A stretch of DNA of 64,000 nt, taken from the NCBI GenBank assembly GCA_044343155.1, contig JAVZSS010000001.1, positions 6,023-70,022 of the forward strand, given 5' to 3'. Numbering within the stretch: the stretch's first letter is position 1; each line of letters begins with the position of its first letter. The position numbers were made by a program, and so were the translations under genes. A model generated the notes under the pieces. It had not been told where the DNA came from. It saw only the letters and a program-made list of their open reading frames with translations, and made no database searches. Below are positions 49,874-59,252 of this stretch, in pieces. This stretch comes from Candidatus Aenigmatarchaeota archaeon (GTDB lineage Archaea > Aenigmatarchaeota > Aenigmatarchaeia > CG10238-14 > SpSt-28).

Positions 49874-50311
49874 ATGAGACTGTGGAGTATACATTCAAAA
49901 TATTTGGACAGAATAGGTTTAATTGCTGAGTGGAGAGAAGGTCTACTGGCTCAAAAGGTTTTATTAGGTAAAACAAAAGGCTATAAAAATCATCCACAAC
50001 TAATAAGATTCAAAAATTATGAAGATCCTGTGCTTGCTATAGGAACCTTTCTATTCCACGTTTATTTAGAGGGTAAAAGAAGGAATTTTAGTTTTGATAA
50101 ATCTAAAATTGTTAAGTTTGATGAAAAACTAGAAAAAATAATACCCATAACTAAGGGTCAAATAGAATATGAGTTTAAACTTTTAAGATATAAGATCAGT
50201 AAAAGAGAAGGAAGAATTATTAAAGAAGATGGAAAAATAGAAGTTAAGCCTATATTTTATGAAATAGATGGTCCTGTAGAAAGTTGGGAAAAAGTCAAAA
50301 ATTATGTTTAA
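49874..50311 (+). CDS. Pyrimidine dimer DNA glycosylase (T4 endonuclease V / DenV family)
   Basis: 145 aa; N-terminal MRLWSIHSKYLDRIGLIAEWREGLLAQ matches the Pyr_excise family. Confidence 0.65.
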   Translation: MRLWSIHSKYLDRIGLIAEWREGLLAQKVLLGKTKGYKNHPQLIRFKNYEDPVLAIGTFLFHVYLEGKRRNFSFDKSKIVKFDEKLEKIIPITKGQIEYEFKLLRYKISKREGRIIKEDGKIEVKPIFYEIDGPVESWEKVKNYV

Positions 50312-50317
50312 TATAAT

Positions 50318-51046
50318 TTAAGCAACGAAGAAATTTCCCAACAAAAATATGAATAAAATGCCGATTATAAAAAATAAAGCTGTCATAATATTTTTACCTT
50401 TATTGTTTTGATTCAATCTAGGAATTAGATCGGAAGCAGAAATGTACAGAAAACCACCTGCAGCAAAAGGCAATATCAAAAATACATACTCCTTAGGAAA
50501 TCCGAACCAGCCATACAATCCACCAATTATTGCACTAACTTGAGCTAAAAACTTTAATATCAACGCTTTTTTCTTACTGAATCCGCCATACAAAAGTGTT
50601 GCAAAACTTCCAAGCTCTTGTGGAATTTCGTGCAGTATTATTGCTAAAACTACAAATAATCCCAAATTAAAGTTTATTATAAATGTTGCTGCTATGGTTA
50701 ACCCATCTATAAAATTATGAACAAAATCTCCTATTAGTAAAAGGTAGCTAAAAGAATGAATTTTACACCTAATTTCATGACAATGATGCCAATTTATTAC
50801 TTTTTCTAAAAAGAAAAATGAAACAAAACCTATTAATAAAAGCGTAATTGCTTCTTTAGCCTCTATTTCTTCTAAACTTTCCAAAAACAAATGGTACAAT
50901 CCTGCTGATAACAAAACACCTGCTGAAAAAGCAACTAAAGGTAAAATTATTTTTCTTAATAATCTATCATTTACTATAAATGAAAAAACGCCGATGAGAC
51001 CTAGAAAACTAACTATAATCGTTGAAAATATTATCCAAACTAACAT
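50318..51046 (-). CDS. ZIP-family divalent metal transporter
   Basis: 242 aa; HEIPQELGSFATLL signature. Confidence 0.8.
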   Translation of the reverse strand: MLVWIIFSTIIVSFLGLIGVFSFIVNDRLLRKIILPLVAFSAGVLLSAGLYHLFLESLEEIEAKEAITLLLIGFVSFFFLEKVINWHHCHEIRCKIHSFSYLLLIGDFVHNFIDGLTIAATFIINFNLGLFVVLAIILHEIPQELGSFATLLYGGFSKKKALILKFLAQVSAIIGGLYGWFGFPKEYVFLILPFAAGGFLYISASDLIPRLNQNNKGKNIMTALFFIIGILFIFLLGNFFVA

Positions 51047-51190
51047 AGTTAGTAATTTGATTAATATGTTAAAAACAACAAACGGTAAGAAATTGAAATC
51101 TCTGCTAATTTTAAAATAAAATACTTAATTGTTTTCACTACCCTTAAGTAATTAATATTTATATACTTTTCTTCCCAATTATTAATAGGG

Positions 51191-51628
51191 GTGAAAACGA
51201 TGTACATAGAAAATATTCCAATTGAAAATAGAATAGGAACATATGTTGCAGGAATTGTAAGGCTGGCTTTAGAAGAAGATGAATTACTTAAACATAACGA
51301 AAAAGAAGAAATAAACAATGCAATAAAACTATTATCTTACTTGGTAGGAGTAAACGACATGCTCCTAGAGCTATATAATATAAATCCCTCAAAAGTTGAT
51401 GAGTTCGTTAGAACTAATCGCGCTCAATATCTACTAATAGAGTTAATAGAAAAACGAACATATTCAGCTTTAGAAATGAATCCTTATAGTCCTCCAGATG
51501 TTAAACTACTAAACCATATTTTTCTTAACACTAAGGAGGACTTAGAAGGAATTTCAAATAAACTAAGAAACTTCCTAGAAGAATCTAAAAACGAACTTAA
51601 AAGATTACACCAAGAAATGTACATTTAA
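51191..51628 (+). CDS. Hypothetical protein
   Basis: 145 aa ORF (GTG start in track). Confidence 0.3.
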   Translation: MKTMYIENIPIENRIGTYVAGIVRLALEEDELLKHNEKEEINNAIKLLSYLVGVNDMLLELYNINPSKVDEFVRTNRAQYLLIELIEKRTYSALEMNPYSPPDVKLLNHIFLNTKEDLEGISNKLRNFLEESKNELKRLHQEMYI

Positions 51629-51707
51629 ATATTTTTTTCTTTTTCTTTCATAATTTCTTAAAAATAGGAAAATTAGCTACTGAAGACGATAACTACAATT
51701 TTTTAGA

Positions 51708-52277
51708 TCATATCTTTTCTTCTACTACTTCAGCTTCAAACTTATAAAATTCCGTACCTTCCTTAGTCCATTCATTAGGAGGTAATCCTGCTTTTATACA
51801 TAAATGAGAAAGAAACTCTTCTTTTTTCGGAATATCATCCCAAACTTGAGGTAAAAACAAAGCAGATTTAGTACCTTTTTTTATTATTATACCATCTTTA
51901 AATGGTCTAATTTTTTCCAAAATTTCTTTATAATTTTTCCCTTCTATTTTTTCTGGCTTACTTAGTATAGAAACTTCAACAAATATTTCTTTTAGTTCTT
52001 TTTCATCTAAAGGTGGGAATCTAGGGTCTCTAGTCGCTGATATAGCAGCTTCGATTATTCCCTCTATTAATGGTTTTGTTGGATATGGTAAACCTATACA
52101 GCCTCTTAAATAGCTCTGATTATTTACCTTCTTATATATTGTTACAAAAACTCCTCTTTTTTCATTTAATTCACTGGGATATTCTCTGGGTTTTGAAATT
52201 ATTCTATTTGCTTTTACATAAACTTCAATAGCTTTTTTTGCAAGATTTATAATGAACTTTTTGGTTTCCTCTTCCAT
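51708..52277 (-). CDS. AMMECR1 domain protein
   Basis: 189 aa; RGCIG motif. Confidence 0.8.
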   Translation of the reverse strand: MEEETKKFIINLAKKAIEVYVKANRIISKPREYPSELNEKRGVFVTIYKKVNNQSYLRGCIGLPYPTKPLIEGIIEAAISATRDPRFPPLDEKELKEIFVEVSILSKPEKIEGKNYKEILEKIRPFKDGIIIKKGTKSALFLPQVWDDIPKKEEFLSHLCIKAGLPPNEWTKEGTEFYKFEAEVVEEKI

Positions 52278-52600
52278 TATTTAATTTTACTTCCTTCCTT
52301 TACATCTTTTATCGGTTGAAGTAAAGCTATATTCTTCTCATCTTCAGCAGCAAGAATCATACATTCCGACTCTATTCCCATAATTTTTCTTCTCTCTAAA
52401 TTTGTAACAAAAATAAATTTTTTCTCAACTAATTCTTCTGGTTTATATTGTTGTTTTATTCCAGCTACAGCTATCCTTTTTTCATTTCCAAAATCAACAA
52501 TTAACTTATATAATTTGTTAGAGTTTGGAATTTCTTCTACTTTAATAACTTTCCCAACTTTCATTTCAATTTTTGAAAAATCCTCATAACTTACAGTCAT
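52277..52600 (-). CDS. tRNA-binding domain protein (Trbp111/CsaA, EMAP-like OB fold)
   Basis: 107 aa; KLYKLIVDFG..RKIMGIESECMIL pattern. Confidence 0.7.
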   Translation of the reverse strand: MTVSYEDFSKIEMKVGKVIKVEEIPNSNKLYKLIVDFGNEKRIAVAGIKQQYKPEELVEKKFIFVTNLERRKIMGIESECMILAAEDEKNIALLQPIKDVKEGSKIK

Positions 52601-52636
52601 TCTAAAAAATTAAAAAGAGAGAATAAAAATTTTATA

Positions 52637-52900
52637 CTACTTTTTTCTCCTAGATTTTCTTTCTTTTTCCTCTATTTCTTTTTCTTCTTTTTGAAGTTCT
52701 TTTTCAATTTTCCACTCATCCCATTCTAGCCAAACTATCAAAACTCCTAATAGAAGAACAAACAATGGTAAAGCTCCATTTATTACTGTTAATACGTCTT
52801 TTAAAGCTGGTGCTAAAATTCCTGGAATTCCTGCAAAAATATAGTATATACTTGCTAGAATCAATATTACTCCTATTAAAGCTTTTGCTAATGGATGCAT
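52637..52900 (-). CDS. Small membrane protein with K/E-rich tail
   Basis: 87 aa, two TM helices. Confidence 0.3.
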   Translation of the reverse strand: MHPLAKALIGVILILASIYYIFAGIPGILAPALKDVLTVINGALPLFVLLLGVLIVWLEWDEWKIEKELQKEEKEIEEKERKSRRKK

Positions 52901-52961
52901 ACTATCACTAAAAATAATTTCGAATTAAAACATTTAAATCTAAAGAAACAATTGGTTTTTT

Positions 52962-53498
52962 ATGATAAACTTATATAAGGCCTTAGCAAATCTCTGGAAA
53001 ATTAGATTTAAAAAGGATGAATTAGAAAATTTAGTAAAAAAAAGGCTCGAAGAATGGAGAAAACAACCAGCTGTTATTAGAATTGAAAAACCTACTAGAT
53101 TGGATAGAGCCAGAGCTTTGGGTTACAAAGCTAAACAAGGATTTATAATTGCTAGAGTTAGGGTTAGAAAAGGAGGAAAGCCAAGGAGATTATATGAAAG
53201 ATCTGGTGGTAGAAAGCCTTCTTCTGCAGGCTTACTTAAATTTACAGCAAGAAAATCCGACAGATGGATAGCAGAAGAAAGGGCAGCGAGAAAGTTTCCC
53301 AATTTAGAAGTATTAAATTCTTACTATGTTGGTGAAGATGGAATGTATAAATGGTTTGAAGTAATACTAGTTGATCCTCATCATCCCAATATTCAAAATG
53401 ATCCAAAAATAAACTGGATTTGCTCTCCGAAAAATAGAAGAAGAGTTTTCAGAGGTTTAACTAGTGCTGGAAAAAAATCGAGAGGATTAAAGTCATAA
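52962..53498 (+). CDS. rpl15e: 50S ribosomal protein L15e
   Basis: 178 aa; [24 protein letters not shown] typical L15e. Confidence 0.85.
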   Translation: MINLYKALANLWKIRFKKDELENLVKKRLEEWRKQPAVIRIEKPTRLDRARALGYKAKQGFIIARVRVRKGGKPRRLYERSGGRKPSSAGLLKFTARKSDRWIAEERAARKFPNLEVLNSYYVGEDGMYKWFEVILVDPHHPNIQNDPKINWICSPKNRRRVFRGLTSAGKKSRGLKS

Positions 53499-53522
53499 AT
53501 TTAGAAAATTTAAACTATTTCT

Positions 53523-54806
53523 ATGACCAAATTAGAAAAAAAATTTGATATTCCACAACTAATATTTTTGGGAATAGCAAACATAATTGGAGCTGGAATA
53601 TATGTAGTTGGTGGTATAGCGGCTGGAATTGCTGGCCCATCTGTAATAATTTCTTTTATAATAGCTGGAATTATAGCAACTCTAACCGCTCTTGTTATTG
53701 CAGAATTATCCTCTGCTATAACAGACATTGGAGAATCTTATACATATTCAAAAAAAGCCTTTGGAAATTATATTGGGTTTATTGTTGGTTTTATCAGATT
53801 TTTAAGCTCAGTTTTTTCCACAACCTCGGTATCAATGGGGTTTTCAGCATACTTAATAATATTCTTTTTTCCAAACTACAATTTTCCTATCTTTCTATAT
53901 TTACTTTCAACTTTAGTAATAATAATTTCATCTGTACTAAATATCTTAGGAATATCTAAAATGATTAAATTCGCCACATTTCTAACTATCTTTAAAATAT
54001 TCGCCCTTTCATTTTTTATAACTTTAGGAATACATTACTCATTAAAAAATTTCGACATACAAAAACTGATTCCTCCATTTCCAAATGGTTTTAAAGCTAC
54101 TTTAGAGGCAGCTAGTTTAGTTTTTTTTGCTTACATAGGTTTTCAAACTATTGCTTTGGCTTCTGAAGAAACAAAAAATCCAAAGAAAAACATACCTTTA
54201 GCTATTTTTTTCACCATGCTATTTTGCTCAATATTTTATACTCTTATATCTTTAATTCAGATTACCACAGTATATTGGTATGAATTAAAAAATGTTGAGT
54301 ATTCTTTGCTTTATATTACAAGAAAAATAACAGAAAATTATATAGTAAATCTTTTGATAACATCCTCTGCCTTGGCTGCAATGCTTTCAGTTTTATTGAC
54401 AACTGTATACTCTAGCTCAAGAATTGCTTATGCTCTTGCAAAAGATGGTTTTCTTCCCAGTTTTCTCAAAAAAATAGATAAAAAATATAAAACTCCTATA
54501 TACTCTATTATAATTTCTTGTTTCTTGAGTACTCTTCTTTTACTAATAAAAAATCTATCCACATTAATTTCATTTGTAAGCTTTGGCTATCTAACGATAT
54601 TTCTAATTACACATTTAAGCTTGATAAAACTGAAGAAAAAAATAAAACCAAAATTTGAACTACCATTTCATCCATTCATACCAATAATTTCTATATTTTT
54701 TATAATTGTTTTAATAGCATTCCTAGAAAACACTGCCAAACTATTAGGGATTTGTTTTATTTTAATAGGAAGTTTAATTTATCTTTTCTTAACAAAAAGA
54801 AAATAG
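53523..54806 (+). CDS. APC-family amino acid permease
   Basis: 427 aa, 12 TM; N-terminal GAGIYVV consensus. Confidence 0.75.
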   Translation: MTKLEKKFDIPQLIFLGIANIIGAGIYVVGGIAAGIAGPSVIISFIIAGIIATLTALVIAELSSAITDIGESYTYSKKAFGNYIGFIVGFIRFLSSVFSTTSVSMGFSAYLIIFFFPNYNFPIFLYLLSTLVIIISSVLNILGISKMIKFATFLTIFKIFALSFFITLGIHYSLKNFDIQKLIPPFPNGFKATLEAASLVFFAYIGFQTIALASEETKNPKKNIPLAIFFTMLFCSIFYTLISLIQITTVYWYELKNVEYSLLYITRKITENYIVNLLITSSALAAMLSVLLTTVYSSSRIAYALAKDGFLPSFLKKIDKKYKTPIYSIIISCFLSTLLLLIKNLSTLISFVSFGYLTIFLITHLSLIKLKKKIKPKFELPFHPFIPIISIFFIIVLIAFLENTAKLLGICFILIGSLIYLFLTKRK

Positions 54807-54812
54807 AAATTT

Positions 54813-55523
54813 ATGTATGACTTGCATGTACACAGCACTTTTAGTGGTGGTGAATCTACACTAGAAGAAATAGTAAAAACTGCTAAAGAACTAGGCTATA
54901 AAGGAATTGGTTTTATATCCTATTTACTCAAAAAGGAAGAGGAAAATATATTGATTGCTGAAATAAAAAGAGTTTCGTCTCAATTTAATTTCGAAATATT
55001 TTTTGGTTATGAAGCAACAAATAGAAAGGAAGTTTTTCACCTATTGAAAAGAAGAAAAGAAATAGATTTGATTTTAGTTAGAGGCGGAAAAATAGAAATG
55101 AATAGAGTAGCTGTAGAAAACAGAGGAATAGATATTTTGACGCATCCGGATTTTGAAAGGAAAGATTGTGGAGTAAATCATGTTATAGCAAAATTTGCAA
55201 AAGAAAACGAAGTTGCAATTGAAATTAACTTTAGAGAAGTTTTAAATTCTGAAAAAGTTAAAAGATCACAAGTTCTAAAAAATCATAATCAAATAATAAA
55301 CTTGTACAAAAAATTTAAATTTCCCTTAACTATTTCTTCTGGATCTCTATCTCATTGGCAAATAAAAGATCCAAAAGTTCTAATTTCTTACTTGGTAACA
55401 CTTGGTTTGGAAATTCATGAAGCAAAAAAAATTTTGAAAGAATATCCTAAAAAGATTATAGAAAGGTCAAAAGAATGGAAAGATGAAAAATGGATTATGA
55501 GGGGGGTTAAATTACTAGATTAA
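54813..55523 (+). CDS. rnp3: RNase P protein component 3 (Rpp30 homolog, PHP/TIM-barrel)
   Basis: 236 aa; YDLHVHS start, IDILTHPDF..GVNHVIAKFAKENEVAIEINF and TISSGSLSHWQIKDPKVLISYLVTLGLE parallel Pyrococcus Rpp30. Confidence 0.6.
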   Translation: MYDLHVHSTFSGGESTLEEIVKTAKELGYKGIGFISYLLKKEEENILIAEIKRVSSQFNFEIFFGYEATNRKEVFHLLKRRKEIDLILVRGGKIEMNRVAVENRGIDILTHPDFERKDCGVNHVIAKFAKENEVAIEINFREVLNSEKVKRSQVLKNHNQIINLYKKFKFPLTISSGSLSHWQIKDPKVLISYLVTLGLEIHEAKKILKEYPKKIIERSKEWKDEKWIMRGVKLLD

Positions 55524-55745
55524 CTATGTTCTAACGACTTTTTTTCCACCCTCCCAACTTTCCCATTCTATCCATTCGTCTGGAGCTAAAACTACATTAT
55601 GAACCCATTCGTATGTTGCATAACCTGTACTAGTATCGGATTTTGCAAAGCATATTCTATCAATTACGTTTGCATGTTCTCTACATACTGCTTTTCCGCC
55701 TATAGAAACAGCAACAGCATCTTTACCACAAAACCAACACTTCAT
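55524..55745 (-). CDS. Small zinc-ribbon protein (73 aa), same family as ORF 23477..23611
   Basis: MKCWFCGKDA..AVCREHANV shares the MKCxxC-x(9-15)-C-R-x-H-A pattern; W/E-rich tail. Confidence 0.4.
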   Translation of the reverse strand: MKCWFCGKDAVAVSIGGKAVCREHANVIDRICFAKSDTSTGYATYEWVHNVVLAPDEWIEWESWEGGKKVVRT

Positions 55746-55959
55746 TTTTTCACCTCCATTAAAAGCAAATATGGTATTTGTTTATAAGAAACAAAAAACA
55801 AAACAAAGATGATTATAACAAAAAGGAGAATAGTCGATATTAAATCAAAAGGAGAAACCTTTTGATTTGAGTATGCATAATACATTTGAACAGATAGTAA
55901 TAAGAAAATTATCAAAACGAACCATGCAACCCACTTTGGTAAAATAATCTTTTTTAGCT

Positions 55960-57129
55960 TCACACAATTTCACCATATACTTGCTCAGTTTTTTTAGCGA
56001 TTTCATCCCAATTGAAAACTGTTTCGGCAGCGTATCTTCCTTTTTCACCCATCCATCTTGCATGCTCCAAATTTCTTAAAATTTCTTTAATACCCCACGC
56101 TATTGAGTTTGGAGCTTGATAGACTCTATATCCCGTTACATTATGCCATATTAGTTCGCCTGCACCTGTTCCATGAGTAGCTATAACTGGCTTTTTACAA
56201 GCCCACGCCTCTAAAACTACAATTCCAAATGGCTCATTTCTACTTGGAACAACAACAACTTCACTAGCTTTAATAATCTTAGTTTTCCAATCATTAGGAA
56301 TATATCCAGTAAATCTAACTGCATGCCATAAATTCAATTCAGAAACTCTTTTTTCTAGTTGATGTTTCATATATCCATCCCCAATAAATACAAATTTCGC
56401 ATTTGGAAAATCTTTCAAAACGTCTGGTATAGCTTCAACTAATAGATCTGGACCTTTTTGATAAGTCATTCTACCAACAAAAACTATAAGTGGGTCATAA
56501 ACACCAAAACCAAAATGTTTCTTTACATCATTCCATGCATCTATTTCTCCATCAAATTTATGTGCCCAAATTCCATTTGGAACAATTCTAATTTTCCAAT
56601 CTGGAACTCTATATAACCTCATAACCTCATCTTTCATAACATTAGAACAAACTATAAGTCTATCTGCTATATATGTCCCATACCACTCTAAATTTGCTAT
56701 ATCTTGGGCATAACCGCCATTTAAATTATTACCATCCCTTCCATATTGGGTTGAGTGAAGAGTAAAAACTATCTTTCTTCCTCTAGCTTTTTTTATTTCA
56801 TCTAGTGCCATAACTACATGCCAATCATGACCATGAACAATATCAAACTTTCCTATATAATTTTCTGTTTCAAAAAAATAGTAAGCCATTGATTTACACA
56901 TATTATTACTCATTTCATATATAAAGTTTCTATCGAAATTAAAAGGGCATCTATGATAATGTACTCCATCAATATTTTGATATAAACTCTGATTGTTTCC
57001 TATTCTTGTAAAAACATGGACTTCATGACCTAATCTTTGTAACGCAGCAGCCAATTCCGTAACATGAACTGCTAAACCTCCACAAGCAATAGAATGTAAG
57101 GATTCCCAACTAAAAAAAGCGATTCTCAT
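55960..57129 (-). CDS. GT4/GT5-type glycosyltransferase, glycogen-synthase-like (third paralog)
   Basis: 389 aa; MRIAFFSWESL..GGLAVHVTELAAAL; EPFGIVVLEAWA motif; A/H/R-rich composition unlike host proteins. Confidence 0.7.
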   Translation of the reverse strand: MRIAFFSWESLHSIACGGLAVHVTELAAALQRLGHEVHVFTRIGNNQSLYQNIDGVHYHRCPFNFDRNFIYEMSNNMCKSMAYYFFETENYIGKFDIVHGHDWHVVMALDEIKKARGRKIVFTLHSTQYGRDGNNLNGGYAQDIANLEWYGTYIADRLIVCSNVMKDEVMRLYRVPDWKIRIVPNGIWAHKFDGEIDAWNDVKKHFGFGVYDPLIVFVGRMTYQKGPDLLVEAIPDVLKDFPNAKFVFIGDGYMKHQLEKRVSELNLWHAVRFTGYIPNDWKTKIIKASEVVVVPSRNEPFGIVVLEAWACKKPVIATHGTGAGELIWHNVTGYRVYQAPNSIAWGIKEILRNLEHARWMGEKGRYAAETVFNWDEIAKKTEQVYGEIV

Positions 57130-57183
57130 TTTTTAAATTAAACAACGTATTTAAATATTTTCGAAAAAATTTTTAAGTATTTC

Positions 57184-58389
57184 TCAACTGTAGCTTTGAG
57201 TAATTTTTTCTTTAATTTTCTTAATTACCTTTCTTCCTTGATCAAACCAATAATCTGTACCCCAATATACATAGCAACTTGTTTCTGCAATCAGTAAAAG
57301 TTTAATCAATTCTTCATCTTTGGTCTCATTAACGATTTTACTTATTTCATCTATTTCTTTAGCAATACTAGCTCTTTTTTCTCCCCACATCCATCTTTCA
57401 TGTCCAACTATCCAAGAAGCCCCAACCAATTTTAATTCTACATTTTCCAATTTTTCATCTTTATAATAATTTTCCAAAAAATCCGAAACAAGAATAGAAG
57501 ATACTTTTCCGTCTTTAAACCTAGTGAAAAACTCTGTATAAGTTTCTGGGAAAAATTGATTCATCATAACATTTCCGTTTTCTCCATCACTTGCTGTTAT
57601 AATTAAAGCCGGTTTATTTCCACCTAAAATTTCTTTAGCTTTTCTACATTGCTGATAAATATAGCTAGCAGACATTCCTGCTTGTTGATCTAAAAAATAA
57701 TATGGTGCAGAAAAAAAGACAATAATTTCTTGCCCACTTATAGAAATCTTATAAGGCTTAGAAAAGTATCTTACTCTCTCTTCAAAACCCAATCTTTCAT
57801 AATTTGCTAAAGAAAAAATTGGTAATATAATCCACTCATAACCAAAATCTCTAAGAATTTTTATTAACTTTGCTAGCTTATCTCCATAAGATGGAACTCC
57901 CATTTCTGGCAACCAAAATCCTTTAACATTTTTAAGATGACCTTTTCCAAAAATAGAGGAAAAAACATTTTGCCATTCTCTAACTTGCCATTCCCAATCT
58001 CTTTCTGGAGTTACAGGAAAATAACAATGAGAATATGCAGTACCTGCAAACTCTATACTATTCGGAAATATTTTCATTATTCTTTTATAATATTCAATTA
58101 TGTTTCCTATTTTTTCACCATGAACTTCTATATTTTCTAGAAATTTGGATAAACTATTTAAAGATTCTAGAAGAATTCCGGAGAAATCCAACATAATTTT
58201 TGGTTCATATTTTTTCAACTTTTCAATATAAGTTGCAGGATTTTTGTATGCTCTAGCAATCAACTTTCCATCCCAACTCTCTTTTGAATCTCTTGACAAA
58301 ATCATCTTTTTCAAATTACTTTCAAGAATATCATCAATCCAAATTAAAGGTTGATGCATGTGTAGCCATGGAGTCCAAAAAGCTTCCAT
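57184..58389 (-). CDS. GH57-family protein (second GH57 paralog)
   Basis: 401 aa; N-terminal WLHMHQP block. Confidence 0.55.
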   Translation of the reverse strand: MEAFWTPWLHMHQPLIWIDDILESNLKKMILSRDSKESWDGKLIARAYKNPATYIEKLKKYEPKIMLDFSGILLESLNSLSKFLENIEVHGEKIGNIIEYYKRIMKIFPNSIEFAGTAYSHCYFPVTPERDWEWQVREWQNVFSSIFGKGHLKNVKGFWLPEMGVPSYGDKLAKLIKILRDFGYEWIILPIFSLANYERLGFEERVRYFSKPYKISISGQEIIVFFSAPYYFLDQQAGMSASYIYQQCRKAKEILGGNKPALIITASDGENGNVMMNQFFPETYTEFFTRFKDGKVSSILVSDFLENYYKDEKLENVELKLVGASWIVGHERWMWGEKRASIAKEIDEISKIVNETKDEELIKLLLIAETSCYVYWGTDYWFDQGRKVIKKIKEKITQSYS

Positions 58390-58426
58390 ATGAAAGATTA
58401 AAAATAAAAAATTAATTTGAAATTTT

Positions 58427-58498
58427 TGGACCGGCCGGGATTCGAACCCGGAGCCTCCGCCTTGCGAGGGCGGCGATCTACCATTGATCTACCGGCCC
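58427..58498 (-). tRNA. tRNA-Ala (anticodon CGC)
   Basis: Acceptor GGGCCGG with G3:U70, anticodon arm CCGCC-CUCGCAA-GGCGG, T-arm CCGGG-UUCGAAU-CCCGG, discriminator A. Confidence 0.85.
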
Positions 58499-58526
58499 AT
58501 TTTAATTTTTAGAAAAAAAGATTATA

Positions 58527-59252
58527 ATGAAGGTAGATGGGTTAAAAATCAAAGGAGATTATATTTTGAATCTGGAGTTTGAAGAAGAACCATTCTGTTG
58601 GCAAAGAAAAATGAGTGAATTGATAAAAGAAAAGGTTATCTTGGATTTGAGAAGTGGAAGAAAGGCTCTCGAATTTTTTGGTGATAGAGTTGTTTATTTT
58701 GTTTATAATTTATGGAAAGGTATAAGAAAATACAACATTATTAAAGAAAAATTTGGGCTAAACTTTGATTTAACACTGCTTAAAAAAGGAATTTTTTCTG
58801 TAGAAAAAAATGGAGAGCTTTTTTTAACATATGGTCATAAACATGAAAAAAATAGAGGTGAATTTTACAAAGTTATTAAAAATGAATGTATAATTCTTCT
58901 TTCCGATATAGAAAAAAAGAAATCATATTTTGTTGAACTAAAAGAAGGTGATTCCATATTTATATCCCCAAGATATATTCATCGTTTAATCTCCAAAAAT
59001 GTTGATTGCTTAATTTTAGGAGTTGTTCCAGAAGATGCTGGTCATAATTATGAGATTGTAAAAAATAGAGGATTTCCATTTCATTTTTTCCTAAAAGATA
59101 GTTGGATAAAAATAGTTGAAAATAAAAAATATAAAAATCATAAGATATTCAAAGCTTTTCCGAAAAATAGAGAAATACCAATAGAAAAATTAAAAAAAGT
59201 TTTGTATAATCCTAAAAATTATAAGAATCTATATGACTTAAATTTCTTCTAA
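58527..59252 (+). CDS. Cupin-type glucose-6-phosphate isomerase (cPGI)-like protein
   Basis: 241 aa; TYGHKHEKNRGEFY matches the T-x-G-H-x-H...E-x-Y metal-binding signature. Confidence 0.5.
   Translation: MKVDGLKIKGDYILNLEFEEEPFCWQRKMSELIKEKVILDLRSGRKALEFFGDRVVYFVYNLWKGIRKYNIIKEKFGLNFDLTLLKKGIFSVEKNGELFLTYGHKHEKNRGEFYKVIKNECIILLSDIEKKKSYFVELKEGDSIFISPRYIHRLISKNVDCLILGVVPEDAGHNYEIVKNRGFPFHFFLKDSWIKIVENKKYKNHKIFKAFPKNREIPIEKLKKVLYNPKNYKNLYDLNFF

Noticed and set aside
58427-58498. Second att-like repeat of the tRNA-Ala 3' end that would delimit another integrated element
   Set aside because: No copy of the tRNA-Ala 3' end was found elsewhere in the window by eye, so an intact second element cannot be supported; reported only as a compositionally atypical block.
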